A stretch of DNA of 64,000 nucleotides from an uncultured virus (IMG/VR IMGVR_UViG_3300009658_000598) (IMGVR_UViG_3300009658_000598), one strand, 5' to 3'; counted from the stretch's first letter, positions 47,316-58,400 are shown. Notes: generated from the sequence alone by a model not told the origin. Made by a program: numbers and translations.

Positions 47316-47876
47316 ATGAAAACTTTCACTAACCCTACTAAAGTCGTAACCGGCATCTGCACCTTCAGCTATCTTAACTGCTGGGACCCGAAGTCGATTA
47401 ACGGCGGCACCCCCAAGTTCAGCGTTTCGCTGATTATCCCTAAGAGCGATACCAAGACCATCGAAAAGATCAAGGCGGCAATCCAGGCAGCCTACGAGGA
47501 AGGTCAGGCAAAGCTGAAGGGCAACGGCAAGAGCGTGCCTGCTCTCTCCGTCCTCAAGACTCCACTTCGTGACGGCGATGCAGAGCGCCCCGATGATGAG
47601 GTCTACAGAAACAGCTACTTCATCAATGCCAACTCCGCTACTGCTCCCGGCATCGTAGATGCTGACCGCAACCAGATTATTGACCGTTCGGAGATGTATT
47701 CCGGTGTCAAGGGTCGTGCTTCCATCAACCTCTACGCATTCAACTCCAACGGCAACAAGGGCATCGCCTGCGGTCTGAACAATCTCCAGAAGATTGCGGA
47801 CGGCACTCCTCTTGGCGGCAAGTCCCGCGCAGAAGATGACTTTGCAACTGCGGACGATGAGGATTTCCTCAACTAA
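47316..47876 (+). CDS. DUF2815 ssDNA-binding protein
   Basis: PLRDGD, GIACGLNNLQK, acidic tail. Confidence 0.85.
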   Translation: MKTFTNPTKVVTGICTFSYLNCWDPKSINGGTPKFSVSLIIPKSDTKTIEKIKAAIQAAYEEGQAKLKGNGKSVPALSVLKTPLRDGDAERPDDEVYRNSYFINANSATAPGIVDADRNQIIDRSEMYSGVKGRASINLYAFNSNGNKGIACGLNNLQKIADGTPLGGKSRAEDDFATADDEDFLN

Positions 47877-47935
47877 CATGACAACCACCGTGGGCGGCGG
47901 TGATGCCGCCCACATCTTTTTAAGGAGACAATCAT

Positions 47936-48130
47936 ATGGAACAGATTTTCAGCTACGAATTTGCCAAGTACACACTTGTGATGGCAGCATATATCTTCCT
48001 GTTAGTTGCAGGCTGCAGCTGGTATGTATACTGCATCACTGAAATCGTGGTATTTGCAGTTAAGGGCGTAAAGAAGCTCTTCGGCAAATTTAAGTCCTGG
48101 CGAAACAGGAATAAAGCAGACAACAACTAA
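47936..48130 (+). CDS. Small membrane protein
   Basis: AAGGAG RBS; one long hydrophobic segment and a basic tail. Confidence 0.6.
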   Translation: MEQIFSYEFAKYTLVMAAYIFLLVAGCSWYVYCITEIVVFAVKGVKKLFGKFKSWRNRNKADNN

Positions 48131-48189
48131 ACAAACAGGGCGGCAGCCAAAAACGCTGCTGCCCTTATTCTATTAGACTGGAGGCAACC

Positions 48190-50181
48190 ATGAGAGAAAA
48201 AATACAATCCCTGAGCATTGACCTTGAGACCTACAGCAGTGTGGATTTGAAGAAGTCCGGAGTATACCCCTATGCGGAAAGTTCAGATTTTGAAATTCTG
48301 CTGTTCGCTTATGCGGTAAATGAAGGTGCGGTGCAGGTCGTAGATATTGCTTGTGGGGAAGAAGTCCCCGATGAGATCTTGCAGGCACTGACCGATGATA
48401 CTGTTACCAAATGGGCATATAACAGCCAATTCGAGCGCGTGTGCCTGTCTTACTGGCTGAGGAAAAACTATCCTCAGTATTTCAGTAGCTACAGCATTGC
48501 AGAGGACTCAGTTGGGAACTATCTTGACCCGACTTCGTGGAAATGCTCCCGTATCTGGGGAGCCTATATGGGACTCCCATTATCCCTGAAGGGTATCGGT
48601 GCTGTCTTGAAATTGGATGAGCAGAAAATGGAGGAAGGCTCTGGCCTTATCAAATACTTCTGCAAACCATGCCGTCCCACTAAGAAGAACGGTGGCCGCA
48701 CACGAAATCTGCCAATGCACGATCCTGAAAAATGGGTACTGTTCAAAAAATATAACAAGCGTGATGTCGAGGTAGAACTTGCCATCAAAGAGAAACTGGC
48801 AAAATTCCCTGTGCCGGATTTCGTATGGGACGAATATCATCTCGATCAGGAAATCAACGACCGTGGCATTTTGCTGGATATGCACTTTGTAGAACAGGCA
48901 ATTACGGTGGATGCACAGACCAAAGTATATCTCCACAGTAAAATACAAGAGCAGACAGGTCTTGAAAATCCCAACAGCGTGGTTCAGATGAAGGGCTGGC
49001 TTTCAGATAACGGCGTGCAAGCTGAGTCTTTGAATAAGAAAGCTGTAAAGGCACTGATCTCCGACAGCGAAGATCATATTGCTGATGTACTGTATTACCG
49101 TCAGCAGCTTGCCAAGTCCTCCGTCAGCAAATACACAGCCATGCAGAATGCCGTCTGTGCTGATGGCAGGGCAAGGGGAATGTTCCAGTTCTACGGTGCC
49201 AATCGTTCCGGGCGGTGGGCAGGCAGACTGATTCAGTTGCAGAATCTTCCGCAAAATCATATGGATGATCTGGAAGAAGCACGAAACCTTGTCTGCGATG
49301 GCAACTTTGATGCATTGGAAATGCTCTACGATAACATTCCAAATGTACTGTCGGAGCTGATCCGCACCGCCTTTATTCCAAAACCGGGATACAAGTATAT
49401 CGTTTCCGATTTCAGTGCAATTGAGGCTCGTGTACTTTCTTTCCTTGCCGGAGAGCAATGGCGTGTTGATGTATTCAAGGCAGGAAAAGACATTTACTGT
49501 GAATCGGCATCACAGATGTTCGGTGTGGCTGTAGTGAAAAACGGCATCAACGGCCATCTACGACAAAAAGGGAAAATCGCAGAGCTGGCTCTTGGCTACG
49601 GCGGCTCTGTCGGTGCATTAAAAGCAATGGGTGCTTTGGACATGGGCCTTTCTGAGGACGAGCTGCAGCCGCTGGTGAATGCTTGGCGTTCTTCCAATCC
49701 GCACATCACGCAGCTATGGTGGGATATTGATGCGGCTGTCAAAAAGGCTGTGATGTATAAAACATCTGTGCAGTCCCACGGTTTCAGAATTTATTATAAA
49801 AGCGGTATGCTGTTCATTGACCTTCCATCCGGCAGACGACTTGTGTATGTAAAACCCCGTATGGGAACAAACCAGTTCGGCTCTGACTCTGTCACCTACG
49901 AGGGCATCAATACCGGCAAATGGACGAGGATCGAAAGCTACGGGCCAAAATTTGTGGAGAACATCGTTCAGGCGGTCAGTCGTGATATTCTTGCATATGC
50001 GATGAAAACCCTCTCGCACTGCTTCATCTGTGGTCATGTCCACGATGAACTCATCATCGAGTGCAGTCCCGATGTATCACTCTCTGCAGTGTGTGAACAG
50101 ATGGGCAGAACCCCTCCGTGGATCAGTGGCTTGCTACTCCGGGCAGACGGATACGAATGCAGCTTTTATCAGAAACAATAA
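48190..50181 (+). CDS. Phage family A DNA polymerase
   Basis: IDLET exonuclease motif; DFSAIEAR, RQKGKIAELALGYGG, HVHDE. Confidence 0.92.
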   Translation: MREKIQSLSIDLETYSSVDLKKSGVYPYAESSDFEILLFAYAVNEGAVQVVDIACGEEVPDEILQALTDDTVTKWAYNSQFERVCLSYWLRKNYPQYFSSYSIAEDSVGNYLDPTSWKCSRIWGAYMGLPLSLKGIGAVLKLDEQKMEEGSGLIKYFCKPCRPTKKNGGRTRNLPMHDPEKWVLFKKYNKRDVEVELAIKEKLAKFPVPDFVWDEYHLDQEINDRGILLDMHFVEQAITVDAQTKVYLHSKIQEQTGLENPNSVVQMKGWLSDNGVQAESLNKKAVKALISDSEDHIADVLYYRQQLAKSSVSKYTAMQNAVCADGRARGMFQFYGANRSGRWAGRLIQLQNLPQNHMDDLEEARNLVCDGNFDALEMLYDNIPNVLSELIRTAFIPKPGYKYIVSDFSAIEARVLSFLAGEQWRVDVFKAGKDIYCESASQMFGVAVVKNGINGHLRQKGKIAELALGYGGSVGALKAMGALDMGLSEDELQPLVNAWRSSNPHITQLWWDIDAAVKKAVMYKTSVQSHGFRIYYKSGMLFIDLPSGRRLVYVKPRMGTNQFGSDSVTYEGINTGKWTRIESYGPKFVENIVQAVSRDILAYAMKTLSHCFICGHVHDELIIECSPDVSLSAVCEQMGRTPPWISGLLLRADGYECSFYQKQ

Positions 50182-50185
50182 AAAA

Positions 50186-50229
50186 TTGGCAGCAGTGCTG
50201 ACCTTTGTTTGGTCGGTACTGCTGCCGAT
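50186..50229. terminator. Terminator between convergent pol and mcrC
   Basis: GGCAGCAGTGCTGACC/GGTCGGTACTGCTGCC stem. Confidence 0.75.
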
Positions 50230-50250
50230 GTATTTATGGATGCATTTTTC

Positions 50251-51306
50251 CTATTTCACAAAATGCTCATCTACTATTCTATTCAGCTGCAATGCAATCT
50301 CGGCAAAATCCTGATTTAAATCAAGAGTCTTTACGCTGATTTTGTTTCCACTCATAAGATAGCTATTATCTGGTTGAATTGCCTCATCTGTGGCTGCATA
50401 TAAAAGCATACCCGAAACCGTGTGAGGGGCATCGCCAAATTCAGTGTCTTTGTTTTTTACATATGTAAAAATCTGATAGAGATTCCCGGAATGCAGTGAA
50501 TGAACATCGTATTGTGTTTGTGTGGTGTGCGTGTAATACTTTGCATCAATAATTAGAACTGTACTCCCTTGTGTCAGCATAATATCACTCTGCATCACCG
50601 GAAGCATCGTCCCAATCCCATCATCCAGTGCCCACGGAATTTGCGAGGCTGTTGCCTTTACCTGCGGACACTCCTTGGAATAGTATTCCAGAATAAACTT
50701 CTCATACAACCGATTCATCCGTTGTTCGTCAACGAATGATGCCAATCGATATTCACCTGAATCAGTAGTTAAGAGCATTCCATCTAAAATGAGCTGACAA
50801 ATGCTTATGAGCATCCGATAGGTATTGTTATTCCTCTGAAAACGAATAGCCGACCAGCGTATAGAATTCGGATCTATCATATCCACATTCGAGAAAAACA
50901 ACATCTCTTTTTTCAGGTCGTTCTTATATTCCTGGCTCACTCTTGAATGTTGGAGCAAAAGCATAACAGTAGTTTTCAGAATCTGATTTAGAAGATTGTT
51001 TTCTGAAAGTTCATCATATTCACAAGTCAAAATTCGCTTTCTGGCTAAGCGATTTTGAATCGTTCCCGGCATATCAATTTTCCCTCGAACAACAGGCACA
51101 TCTTCCTTGCGGTTCAGATATTCCCGATACAGACCTTGCTTTAGCTGCCTGCCAATGCCTTTGGAAAGGATTGCCGCAAATAAATTGTGTATGTTTTCAA
51201 ATTCTTCCGTAGCAACATCCTCATAACCGCCCTGATTCAGTGTAGTAAAAGCATATGAAAGCATATAGTATATATTTTTTATGAAGATGCTCTTGTCTTT
51301 AATCAT
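50251..51306 (-). CDS. mcrC: McrC-family nuclease subunit
   Basis: IKNIYYMLSYA, MNRLYEKF, SD...IIDAKYY, LYQIFTY. Confidence 0.9.
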   Translation of the reverse strand: MIKDKSIFIKNIYYMLSYAFTTLNQGGYEDVATEEFENIHNLFAAILSKGIGRQLKQGLYREYLNRKEDVPVVRGKIDMPGTIQNRLARKRILTCEYDELSENNLLNQILKTTVMLLLQHSRVSQEYKNDLKKEMLFFSNVDMIDPNSIRWSAIRFQRNNNTYRMLISICQLILDGMLLTTDSGEYRLASFVDEQRMNRLYEKFILEYYSKECPQVKATASQIPWALDDGIGTMLPVMQSDIMLTQGSTVLIIDAKYYTHTTQTQYDVHSLHSGNLYQIFTYVKNKDTEFGDAPHTVSGMLLYAATDEAIQPDNSYLMSGNKISVKTLDLNQDFAEIALQLNRIVDEHFVK

Positions 51307-53801
51307 TGAAACACACCCTGCAAAACATTTTCCCATCTTTGGAGTTTGTTCGAATCATCAAACCAGTATTCGCTGAGCATTGGCAAAATATCATAATCCA
51401 CGATAGAGTGTAGCCACTCATCTGTGCAGATATCTTTACCGCAGAAATAGCTGTGCCCAATGCAGAATCCCTTTCCCAGAGATTTATCCAGAGTAATCTC
51501 ACGATTTAATTCCTTCACCTTTGATATCAGCTCATTCAGAGTTTCATTATTTAGTGCATTTTGATATTTTATAAATCCGTCAGAATCAAATCCTGGCTCC
51601 ACCTCGAAGAAGCTGAATCGGCGGCGCAGGGCATAATCAATCATAGCAAGGCTGCGGTCTGCTGTATTCATCATACCGATGATATAAAGATTTTTGGGGA
51701 CAGAGAAAGAAAGTCCATTGTACGCCAGCGTTGCCTTCGTGCCTCTGTAGTCCCGTTCAATCAACATCAGCAGTTCTCCGAAAATCTTACTCATGTTTCC
51801 GCGGTTAATCTCATCAATGATGAAAAAGAAATCTTTATCCGGCTGGTTGGCTGCTTTCTGACAAAATCGATAGAAAATACCATATTTCAGCTCGAAACCG
51901 TCCTCTACCGGCTTATATCCCATCATGAAATCCTCATAGGAATAGTTCTGATGGAACTGCACAAACTCTATGCAGTTGTCATCTTTTTCGCCCATCATCG
52001 ACCATGCCAGTCTTCTGGCTGCAAAGGTCTTACCAACGCCTGGAGCCCCCTGCAGGATGATGTTCTTCTTATTCTGAAGTACCGCCACGAGGCTTTCGTA
52101 GCGTTTCTCGGTCATATACACCTCATTAAGGAAATCGTCTTTTGTGTATTCCTCTATGGTTTCTTCAGCTGATATAGGATTCGCTTCTCTCACAATATCA
52201 AGAATAAAATCATATTCCTCTTTTGTCAGCCGGAACAGACTACCCTGTGCATTCTGGAAATACTCCATCTGCTCCAGTTCAGGGCACGCCTTCAATACCG
52301 CATAATCAATTGGTGAAGCAAAACTCTCCACCTTTTCAAACAAAATCTTCTCACCATCATTGGCAGCGGTAATCTGTCCGAGAGCTACGACCTGTTTTAC
52401 AGGATTCGACTCATAGCCGATAATCATGTCACCGGCCTTTGCATCCAAAAAGTTCTGAAAAATGCGGCGCTTGTTTCCGTTCTCATTATAAAGCGTATAA
52501 GACTGCGTCTCACCGACAGCGATGCCACTAAAGCTCCAAATTTTAGGATTGGCATTCAACCACCAATATCCAGGGGCATCTTTATCCTCTGAAACTGGTT
52601 CATCAGGTAATTCATCTATTAAATTAAGCAGTCTCCTTACCACATCGGGATAAGGTGTTAAGTCCGTCAAGGTTTTCATAGGTGCATTTCCCGGATACTG
52701 CCATTCACCCTTATGTGTCCATCTAACCTTGCGCACATTTTTAAAGTGTTCTTCATGCTCATCAAAAATGTAATCAGATTCAACAACTCCGCAGCCCACC
52801 AGCAAACGCAGACCTTTTTTTGCAAACACTATATCCCCAGGGTTGATTTCATTTGCGAACTGCCATGTTGCGTGAGCATCATTTTTATGGGAACTGTCAT
52901 CCGAAAATATCTCCTGCATTTTTTTCGCCATTTCATCTTTGCTATGAAATGCATGAAGATTTCCTAACGCTTCCCAACCAATCGCCATAATCCCAGCATT
53001 ATAGAATTCATCCCAATTTTCCGCACCGTCACCAGGAGAGTAAATCCAATAACGCTTTTTTGCTGCCGAATCACTATCAGCCGCTGTATCTTTTTCACCA
53101 GTGCTTTCTTCTGATTTTTCATCCACTATATAACGGCTGATATAAAATCCAACATCAATGGTCAGCGTCTTCAATTCCGGGTCGGGATAGCAGGTATCCG
53201 TCAGCTGCGACCGGAGCAAATTCACCAATTCAGTGTCTTCTTTCAGTGCAGTACTGATTTCGTCATAAAGGCGCAAAAAATTACGGATGTTATCTGCATA
53301 GGCACCCTTTTTGAATTGATAGTCCGATTCCAGTTCACCGGCAACTTTCTTTATCTCACCGAATTTATAGATATAATACTTGTTCGGATAGCGAAGCCAA
53401 AGATAAGTACTAATGGCATTCTCATACTGATAGTGCTGCGCCGCACCGTTTCCATACTTCTCTAAAAGAATAGAGGACTGCAGTTTGAACGCATTCATGC
53501 GTTCAAAAACATCTTTATTTTCATCAAAGAGGTCGAGAAACATAGCTCGTACTTCTTCCGGTGCGGCTTTTGCAAAGCCAATAATCATGCCCTTTGGAAA
53601 ATTGTTATTGGAAGCCAGCAAATTATATGTTTTCGCCAGAGAGCGTTCCAACATCTCTGGGAAGTCCTTAGCATTGACATCCCAATTATCCTGAAACCAT
53701 TTTACAGCTTCCCACTTATATTTTTCGTTGCCCCACTGCGTGGAAACAAAGTTCTGTTTATACCGTGCCAGTGCATCTTTTAACCGAAATTTATCAAACA
53801 T
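51303..53801 (-). CDS. mcrB: McrB-family GTPase with EVE-like recognition domains
   Basis: GAPGVGKT, IIDEINR, MNTADRS; YWIYSPG and YWWLNANP modules. Confidence 0.9.
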   Translation of the reverse strand: MFDKFRLKDALARYKQNFVSTQWGNEKYKWEAVKWFQDNWDVNAKDFPEMLERSLAKTYNLLASNNNFPKGMIIGFAKAAPEEVRAMFLDLFDENKDVFERMNAFKLQSSILLEKYGNGAAQHYQYENAISTYLWLRYPNKYYIYKFGEIKKVAGELESDYQFKKGAYADNIRNFLRLYDEISTALKEDTELVNLLRSQLTDTCYPDPELKTLTIDVGFYISRYIVDEKSEESTGEKDTAADSDSAAKKRYWIYSPGDGAENWDEFYNAGIMAIGWEALGNLHAFHSKDEMAKKMQEIFSDDSSHKNDAHATWQFANEINPGDIVFAKKGLRLLVGCGVVESDYIFDEHEEHFKNVRKVRWTHKGEWQYPGNAPMKTLTDLTPYPDVVRRLLNLIDELPDEPVSEDKDAPGYWWLNANPKIWSFSGIAVGETQSYTLYNENGNKRRIFQNFLDAKAGDMIIGYESNPVKQVVALGQITAANDGEKILFEKVESFASPIDYAVLKACPELEQMEYFQNAQGSLFRLTKEEYDFILDIVREANPISAEETIEEYTKDDFLNEVYMTEKRYESLVAVLQNKKNIILQGAPGVGKTFAARRLAWSMMGEKDDNCIEFVQFHQNYSYEDFMMGYKPVEDGFELKYGIFYRFCQKAANQPDKDFFFIIDEINRGNMSKIFGELLMLIERDYRGTKATLAYNGLSFSVPKNLYIIGMMNTADRSLAMIDYALRRRFSFFEVEPGFDSDGFIKYQNALNNETLNELISKVKELNREITLDKSLGKGFCIGHSYFCGKDICTDEWLHSIVDYDILPMLSEYWFDDSNKLQRWENVLQGVFQ

Positions 53802-53813
53802 AAAATCGCCCCC

Positions 53814-56780
53814 TTATGCCTTTCGCAAGCTCTTGTATATCTCTTCTGTAAAGATACCAAGTACCTGCTTTTTGATTTCATCATTACTGAGCAGCAACGA
53901 AAAGAAATCTTGATTTTGCTCCAATCCTTCAATCAGTGCGTCATCTATATCATCAAAATACGAGAATTCAAAGTCTTTGACGGTATTATTCTTTGCACTG
54001 GTTTTCAGTTTGTCGGATTTCAGCAGAATATCCCTAATCTGAAGCATTGCCTTTACCGCGACATCATTATCATAGGATTTTCCTGTGCGGCTGTTTATTT
54101 CTGCGATAATCTGTGAAAGTCGTTCTTCCTTTGCCTCTGTCAGACCAAAGTTCTCTGCCGTAGGTAATTTCACTATCGGCTGCGCCGTCAGATTTGGCTT
54201 GGTATGCTCTTCTGCTTTTTTCTGAACGAAATTTGTAGCCTTGATTTTGCCGTCCAAATTATAGCCACCGCCCGGATGCTTAATGTTGATGTATGCCAGC
54301 AGGTAAGTGATGAAGTTGTACTTCTTATGAAGATCGGTATCCTCAAAACACGATACCTGTAGCAGAAACTCGTAAAACCGTACAAAGTGCCGCATCTTTG
54401 ATACAATATCCTGCTGTATGGCAATCTCATACTGCTCAATCATATTTTTTGCACGCTTAAAGTAAAATGTCAGCTTCTGCTTATCCTTCGATGAAATATT
54501 TTTCTTATAGAGCAGGTCGTTTGCCTTTTCAATGTCATCCGGGTCAAGAACGGTATACGCATCTATCTGTGCTTCCATATCATAAATGGCAGTAGGCGTT
54601 ACAGATGTAGAAAGTAATGTGGTTGTGTAAAACGGTGCGAATGCTGCTTTGATATCCTCGTATGTATTTGCAAAGTCCAGCACAAAAGTTTTCTTCTCGA
54701 ACGGTGGGCAGATACGGTTCAAGCGGGAAAGCGTCTGAACGGCAGATACGCCCTTCAGCTTTTTCAGCACATACATAGCGCAGAGCTTCGGCTGGTCAAA
54801 CCCAGTCTGATATTTATTAGCGACCAGAAGCACCTGATATTCGTCCTTGTCAAATTCCTTAGTCAGACGATCCTCTGGGAAGCCGTTCATGGATGCCTCG
54901 GAATATTCGGTATCATCGTCTGGGAGTTTCACCTTGCCGGAAAAAGCCACCAGCGCTTTAATGTCCGAGTAGCCCTTCTTCTTGGTATAGTCTTCAAAAG
55001 CCTGGCGGTACTTCACAGCCCCCTGTCTGGATGCTGTGATGACCATTGCCTTTGCCATGCCACCTAGTTCCGGCATAACGGTCGTGCGGAAATGCTCCAC
55101 GATAACCTCCACCCGCTGGGCAATATTCGTTTCATGCAGCTCCACAAAACGGGCAATCTGCCGCTTGGCATCAACTGTTTTGCACCGAGGGTCTTCTTCG
55201 ATTTCCTTATTGATCTGATAGAAGGTGTCGTAAGTCGTATAATTCTGAAGGACATCGAGAATAAAGCCTTCCTCAATGGCTTGCTTCATGGAGTAGATAT
55301 GGAATGCTTCACGCTGACCTTTCGTGTTTAAACGACCGAACAGCTGAATGGTTGTCGGCTTTGGTGTCGCTGTAAAAGCAAACATGGATACATTCGCCTG
55401 TTTGCCGTTTCTGCGGATTTCATCCGTAATCATATCTTCAACATCGGCACCCTCTTGTTCTCCTGCACCAAGAGACTTTGTGACAGCCGCCATGTCCTTA
55501 CCCGCTGTGGAGGAATGTGCTTCATCAATAATAACAGCGAAACGCTTATTTTTTAGTCCGGCTACGCTGTCCACAATATACGGGAATTTCTGAATTGTAG
55601 TTGCAATGATTTTCGTATTGCCGTTCAGAGCAATAGCAAGGTCAGCGGAGTTACACTTATCGTCCATGACTCGGATAAGACCCGCTTTATGCTCCATACC
55701 CATGATGGCTTTCTGCAGCTGACGGTCAACCACGACTCTGTCGGTGATGATCACGACATTGTCAAAAATGATTTTGTTGTCTGCATCATGCAGAGAAGTC
55801 AGACGGTGTGCCAGCCATGCAATAGAGTTCGTTTTGCCAGAGCCTGCGCTGTGCTGAATCAGATAGTTCTGCGTAGTGCCGTTGTCACGGACATCACCCA
55901 GCAGCTTGCGAATCACATCGAGCTGATGATATCGAGGGAATATCACATTCTCGGACTTTTTCGTTTTCCCTGTCAGCTCGTCCTTGCTTTCTTTGTTTTC
56001 TATAAAGATAAACTTGCTGATGAGGTCGAGAACGGCATCCTTTGTCAGAATGTCCTCCCACATATAGGACACGCTGTATTTGTCTTTGAAAGTAGGGTTT
56101 CCCGCACCAGCATTAACCCCTTCGCCGTTGCCCATGTTAAATGGCAGGAAGAAAGTGGCGTTGCCTGCGAGCTTGGTGGTCATATAGACCTGCTCCAGAT
56201 CCATTGCAAAGTTCACAAGGCATCCGGCCTTAAACCAGAACAGACGGGTTTTCGGGTCACGGTCTACACGGAACTGATAGATGGCATCCTGATAGGACTG
56301 ACCTGCGGCATTGCATTTCAGTTCAAAGGACATAATAGCAAGACCATTCAGGAAAATCACCAAGTCAATACGTTCATCATCGCTTGCCCAGACTTCCTCC
56401 ATGACGGAGAAAATATTCTTTTCGTATTTCGCCAGAAGCTCACGGTTGAAGGTGGTTGCAGGCTTGGTGTACATGAGTTCCAGCTTCATGTTGGAAATCT
56501 CAATGCCGTGCTTCAGCACATCCAGCAGACTGCCGCGGGTCTTAGTTACCTCGGCATTGATAAAGCTGACAAGGGTATCCTCCAAATCAGATTTATAGAT
56601 TTTGCGGAGTGCCTCCATCTCATCTGGCTGGGTATCGTTCAGAAACTGAAACAGCAGCTCACGATCCATAGCAAACAGACGGTCATAGCTGGTTGCCTTG
56701 CGGATGATATAACCGTTATCCTGCGAGAGCCTGTCCATGATGAAATGCTGATATTCTTTTTCCGAGAGAATATTATTCAT
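53814..56780 (-). CDS. hsdR: Type I restriction subunit
   Basis: FELK, HSAGSGKT, DEAH, FTATP, TGFDQP, QTLSRLNR. Confidence 0.93.
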   Translation of the reverse strand: MNNILSEKEYQHFIMDRLSQDNGYIIRKATSYDRLFAMDRELLFQFLNDTQPDEMEALRKIYKSDLEDTLVSFINAEVTKTRGSLLDVLKHGIEISNMKLELMYTKPATTFNRELLAKYEKNIFSVMEEVWASDDERIDLVIFLNGLAIMSFELKCNAAGQSYQDAIYQFRVDRDPKTRLFWFKAGCLVNFAMDLEQVYMTTKLAGNATFFLPFNMGNGEGVNAGAGNPTFKDKYSVSYMWEDILTKDAVLDLISKFIFIENKESKDELTGKTKKSENVIFPRYHQLDVIRKLLGDVRDNGTTQNYLIQHSAGSGKTNSIAWLAHRLTSLHDADNKIIFDNVVIITDRVVVDRQLQKAIMGMEHKAGLIRVMDDKCNSADLAIALNGNTKIIATTIQKFPYIVDSVAGLKNKRFAVIIDEAHSSTAGKDMAAVTKSLGAGEQEGADVEDMITDEIRRNGKQANVSMFAFTATPKPTTIQLFGRLNTKGQREAFHIYSMKQAIEEGFILDVLQNYTTYDTFYQINKEIEEDPRCKTVDAKRQIARFVELHETNIAQRVEVIVEHFRTTVMPELGGMAKAMVITASRQGAVKYRQAFEDYTKKKGYSDIKALVAFSGKVKLPDDDTEYSEASMNGFPEDRLTKEFDKDEYQVLLVANKYQTGFDQPKLCAMYVLKKLKGVSAVQTLSRLNRICPPFEKKTFVLDFANTYEDIKAAFAPFYTTTLLSTSVTPTAIYDMEAQIDAYTVLDPDDIEKANDLLYKKNISSKDKQKLTFYFKRAKNMIEQYEIAIQQDIVSKMRHFVRFYEFLLQVSCFEDTDLHKKYNFITYLLAYINIKHPGGGYNLDGKIKATNFVQKKAEEHTKPNLTAQPIVKLPTAENFGLTEAKEERLSQIIAEINSRTGKSYDNDVAVKAMLQIRDILLKSDKLKTSAKNNTVKDFEFSYFDDIDDALIEGLEQNQDFFSLLLSNDEIKKQVLGIFTEEIYKSLRKA

Positions 56781-57135
56781 GATCTGGCTCCTTTCCTCGT
56801 AATATATAGTGTCTACCATAATCATCACTAAACACGACATCAATCAACCGAACGCCGTTTTGCACATAAACTTCGCACCATGTATCTGCGCAGTGGTTTC
56901 CAAGCCATCTTTCCTGAATGCTGTAAATCACTGAACTGGTTTTATCTACCCAATATGCAATGGCATCGTTGACTTCATCAGTAAAGTGAGCAGGAATACC
57001 TACTCTGGAACTAAAGCCCTCAACGGCAACTTGCAATAAAAACAGTTCATCCCTATCTTTTAGCACCTTTAGAAATTCAGCACCTTTTACCACCATACAC
57101 GGAGTATCTTTATGATAGGAGTATTCAACTTTCAT
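56773..57135 (-). CDS. Hypothetical protein between hsdS and hsdR
   Basis: 120 aa, overlapping both neighbours (ATGA coupling, GGAGG RBS). Confidence 0.7.
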   Translation of the reverse strand: MKVEYSYHKDTPCMVVKGAEFLKVLKDRDELFLLQVAVEGFSSRVGIPAHFTDEVNDAIAYWVDKTSSVIYSIQERWLGNHCADTWCEVYVQNGVRLIDVVFSDDYGRHYILRGKEPDHE

Positions 57136-58388
57136 GAGATGGGTACCTCCTTCTTTCCGGTTACATACTCAAAAATGAGCGATTTCTTGTATTCGTCAAG
57201 TGTTGCAAGCTGTTCTTTTTTATCGGAGATAACATCATTCGCTTTTGCAAGCACCGTATCAATATGCTCAACAATCGCTTCCTGCTCGTCCAGCGGTGGA
57301 ACTGGATACGAAAGATCCGCTAACTTGTTCCACCGCAAATCACAGGAGCGAACTCGAATTCCCGTTGCCAGTGCAAGAAATACATCACTGTACGCCATAC
57401 TGCGAAGATAGTACATAATGTACCGCTTGTTTTGATAGGTATCCAAAACATTAAGGACAGGTGACGCTTTGCCTCTTGAATCAGAAATGCCGATAGAGCC
57501 TGCAAAGCCATCCATACCATGTACAACCAGATCGCCGATGTCAATACCTTGATAGCCAATTTCCTTATCGGACATCGTAAAGCCATCTTCACGGCGATTG
57601 CTTCTCAAGGTTACCTCACCATCACGGAAACAGGTAATTACGCCGTCATCCTCACGCACCGGCTTCTGCATATAGCGCAGAATATACTTACCACGGATAA
57701 CCTCCCAATGTGAAGGCATATTGCCAATCCACTGGATTCCGCTGTCCTTCATCTCAGCATCGGGATTCAGCCCTTTGGTAACAGTTTCGGTGATGACCGA
57801 CCGCTTGTACTGCTCCAAGGTATCGATCTGTGCCTGAATGTCAGCGGTGAGAGCATCGATCTCGGCGCATTTGGCATCAAGATAGGCGGCAATGCGTTCC
57901 TGTTCCTCAACAGTTGGAAGTACTGTCCATGAATTCAAAAGCCAAGGAGCGAAGATGTTTCTTTGAATCGTACCTACACCTCTTGAAGCTGTTTCATATT
58001 GCTGAACCATACTGCTATCACGAAACAAGAAGTTCATATATAGTGGATTGCATTTATCATTCATGCTGTATACAAAATATGCCGGACTAATGATTCCATT
58101 ATATTTTGATACACCAACAGAACCTCTCCATGCCTGTTGATTATTTAAGACAAAATCGCCAATGTTGACGTTTTGATAATTTGACATATCTTGGCTCGGT
58201 TTATGAACTTGCATCCCATTGGAATCAGCATATGAGATAACTCCTCGGTCCAAATAAACTGAGAGTAGCTCTCTATCTCCACTATTCTTCTCACTTCGCA
58301 GTGTCAATATGGTTTTTAATTTCTTGATTTCCCAGTTTCTCGGGATAAGTCCGAAACTTGAAATTCCGCTTTCCTTCATCTCTCTCAT
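57132..58388 (-). CDS. hsdS: Type I specificity subunit
   Basis: Two TRDs; P..EEQ..I repeats; MKDSG..W.G..P.HW. Confidence 0.92.
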   Translation of the reverse strand: MREMKESGISSFGLIPRNWEIKKLKTILTLRSEKNSGDRELLSVYLDRGVISYADSNGMQVHKPSQDMSNYQNVNIGDFVLNNQQAWRGSVGVSKYNGIISPAYFVYSMNDKCNPLYMNFLFRDSSMVQQYETASRGVGTIQRNIFAPWLLNSWTVLPTVEEQERIAAYLDAKCAEIDALTADIQAQIDTLEQYKRSVITETVTKGLNPDAEMKDSGIQWIGNMPSHWEVIRGKYILRYMQKPVREDDGVITCFRDGEVTLRSNRREDGFTMSDKEIGYQGIDIGDLVVHGMDGFAGSIGISDSRGKASPVLNVLDTYQNKRYIMYYLRSMAYSDVFLALATGIRVRSCDLRWNKLADLSYPVPPLDEQEAIVEHIDTVLAKANDVISDKKEQLATLDEYKKSLIFEYVTGKKEVPIS

Positions 58389-58400
58389 ACCGTCACCGCC

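Noticed and set aside
55689..56831. 380-aa plus-strand ORF
   Set aside because: Antisense shadow of hsdR with no motifs or RBS.
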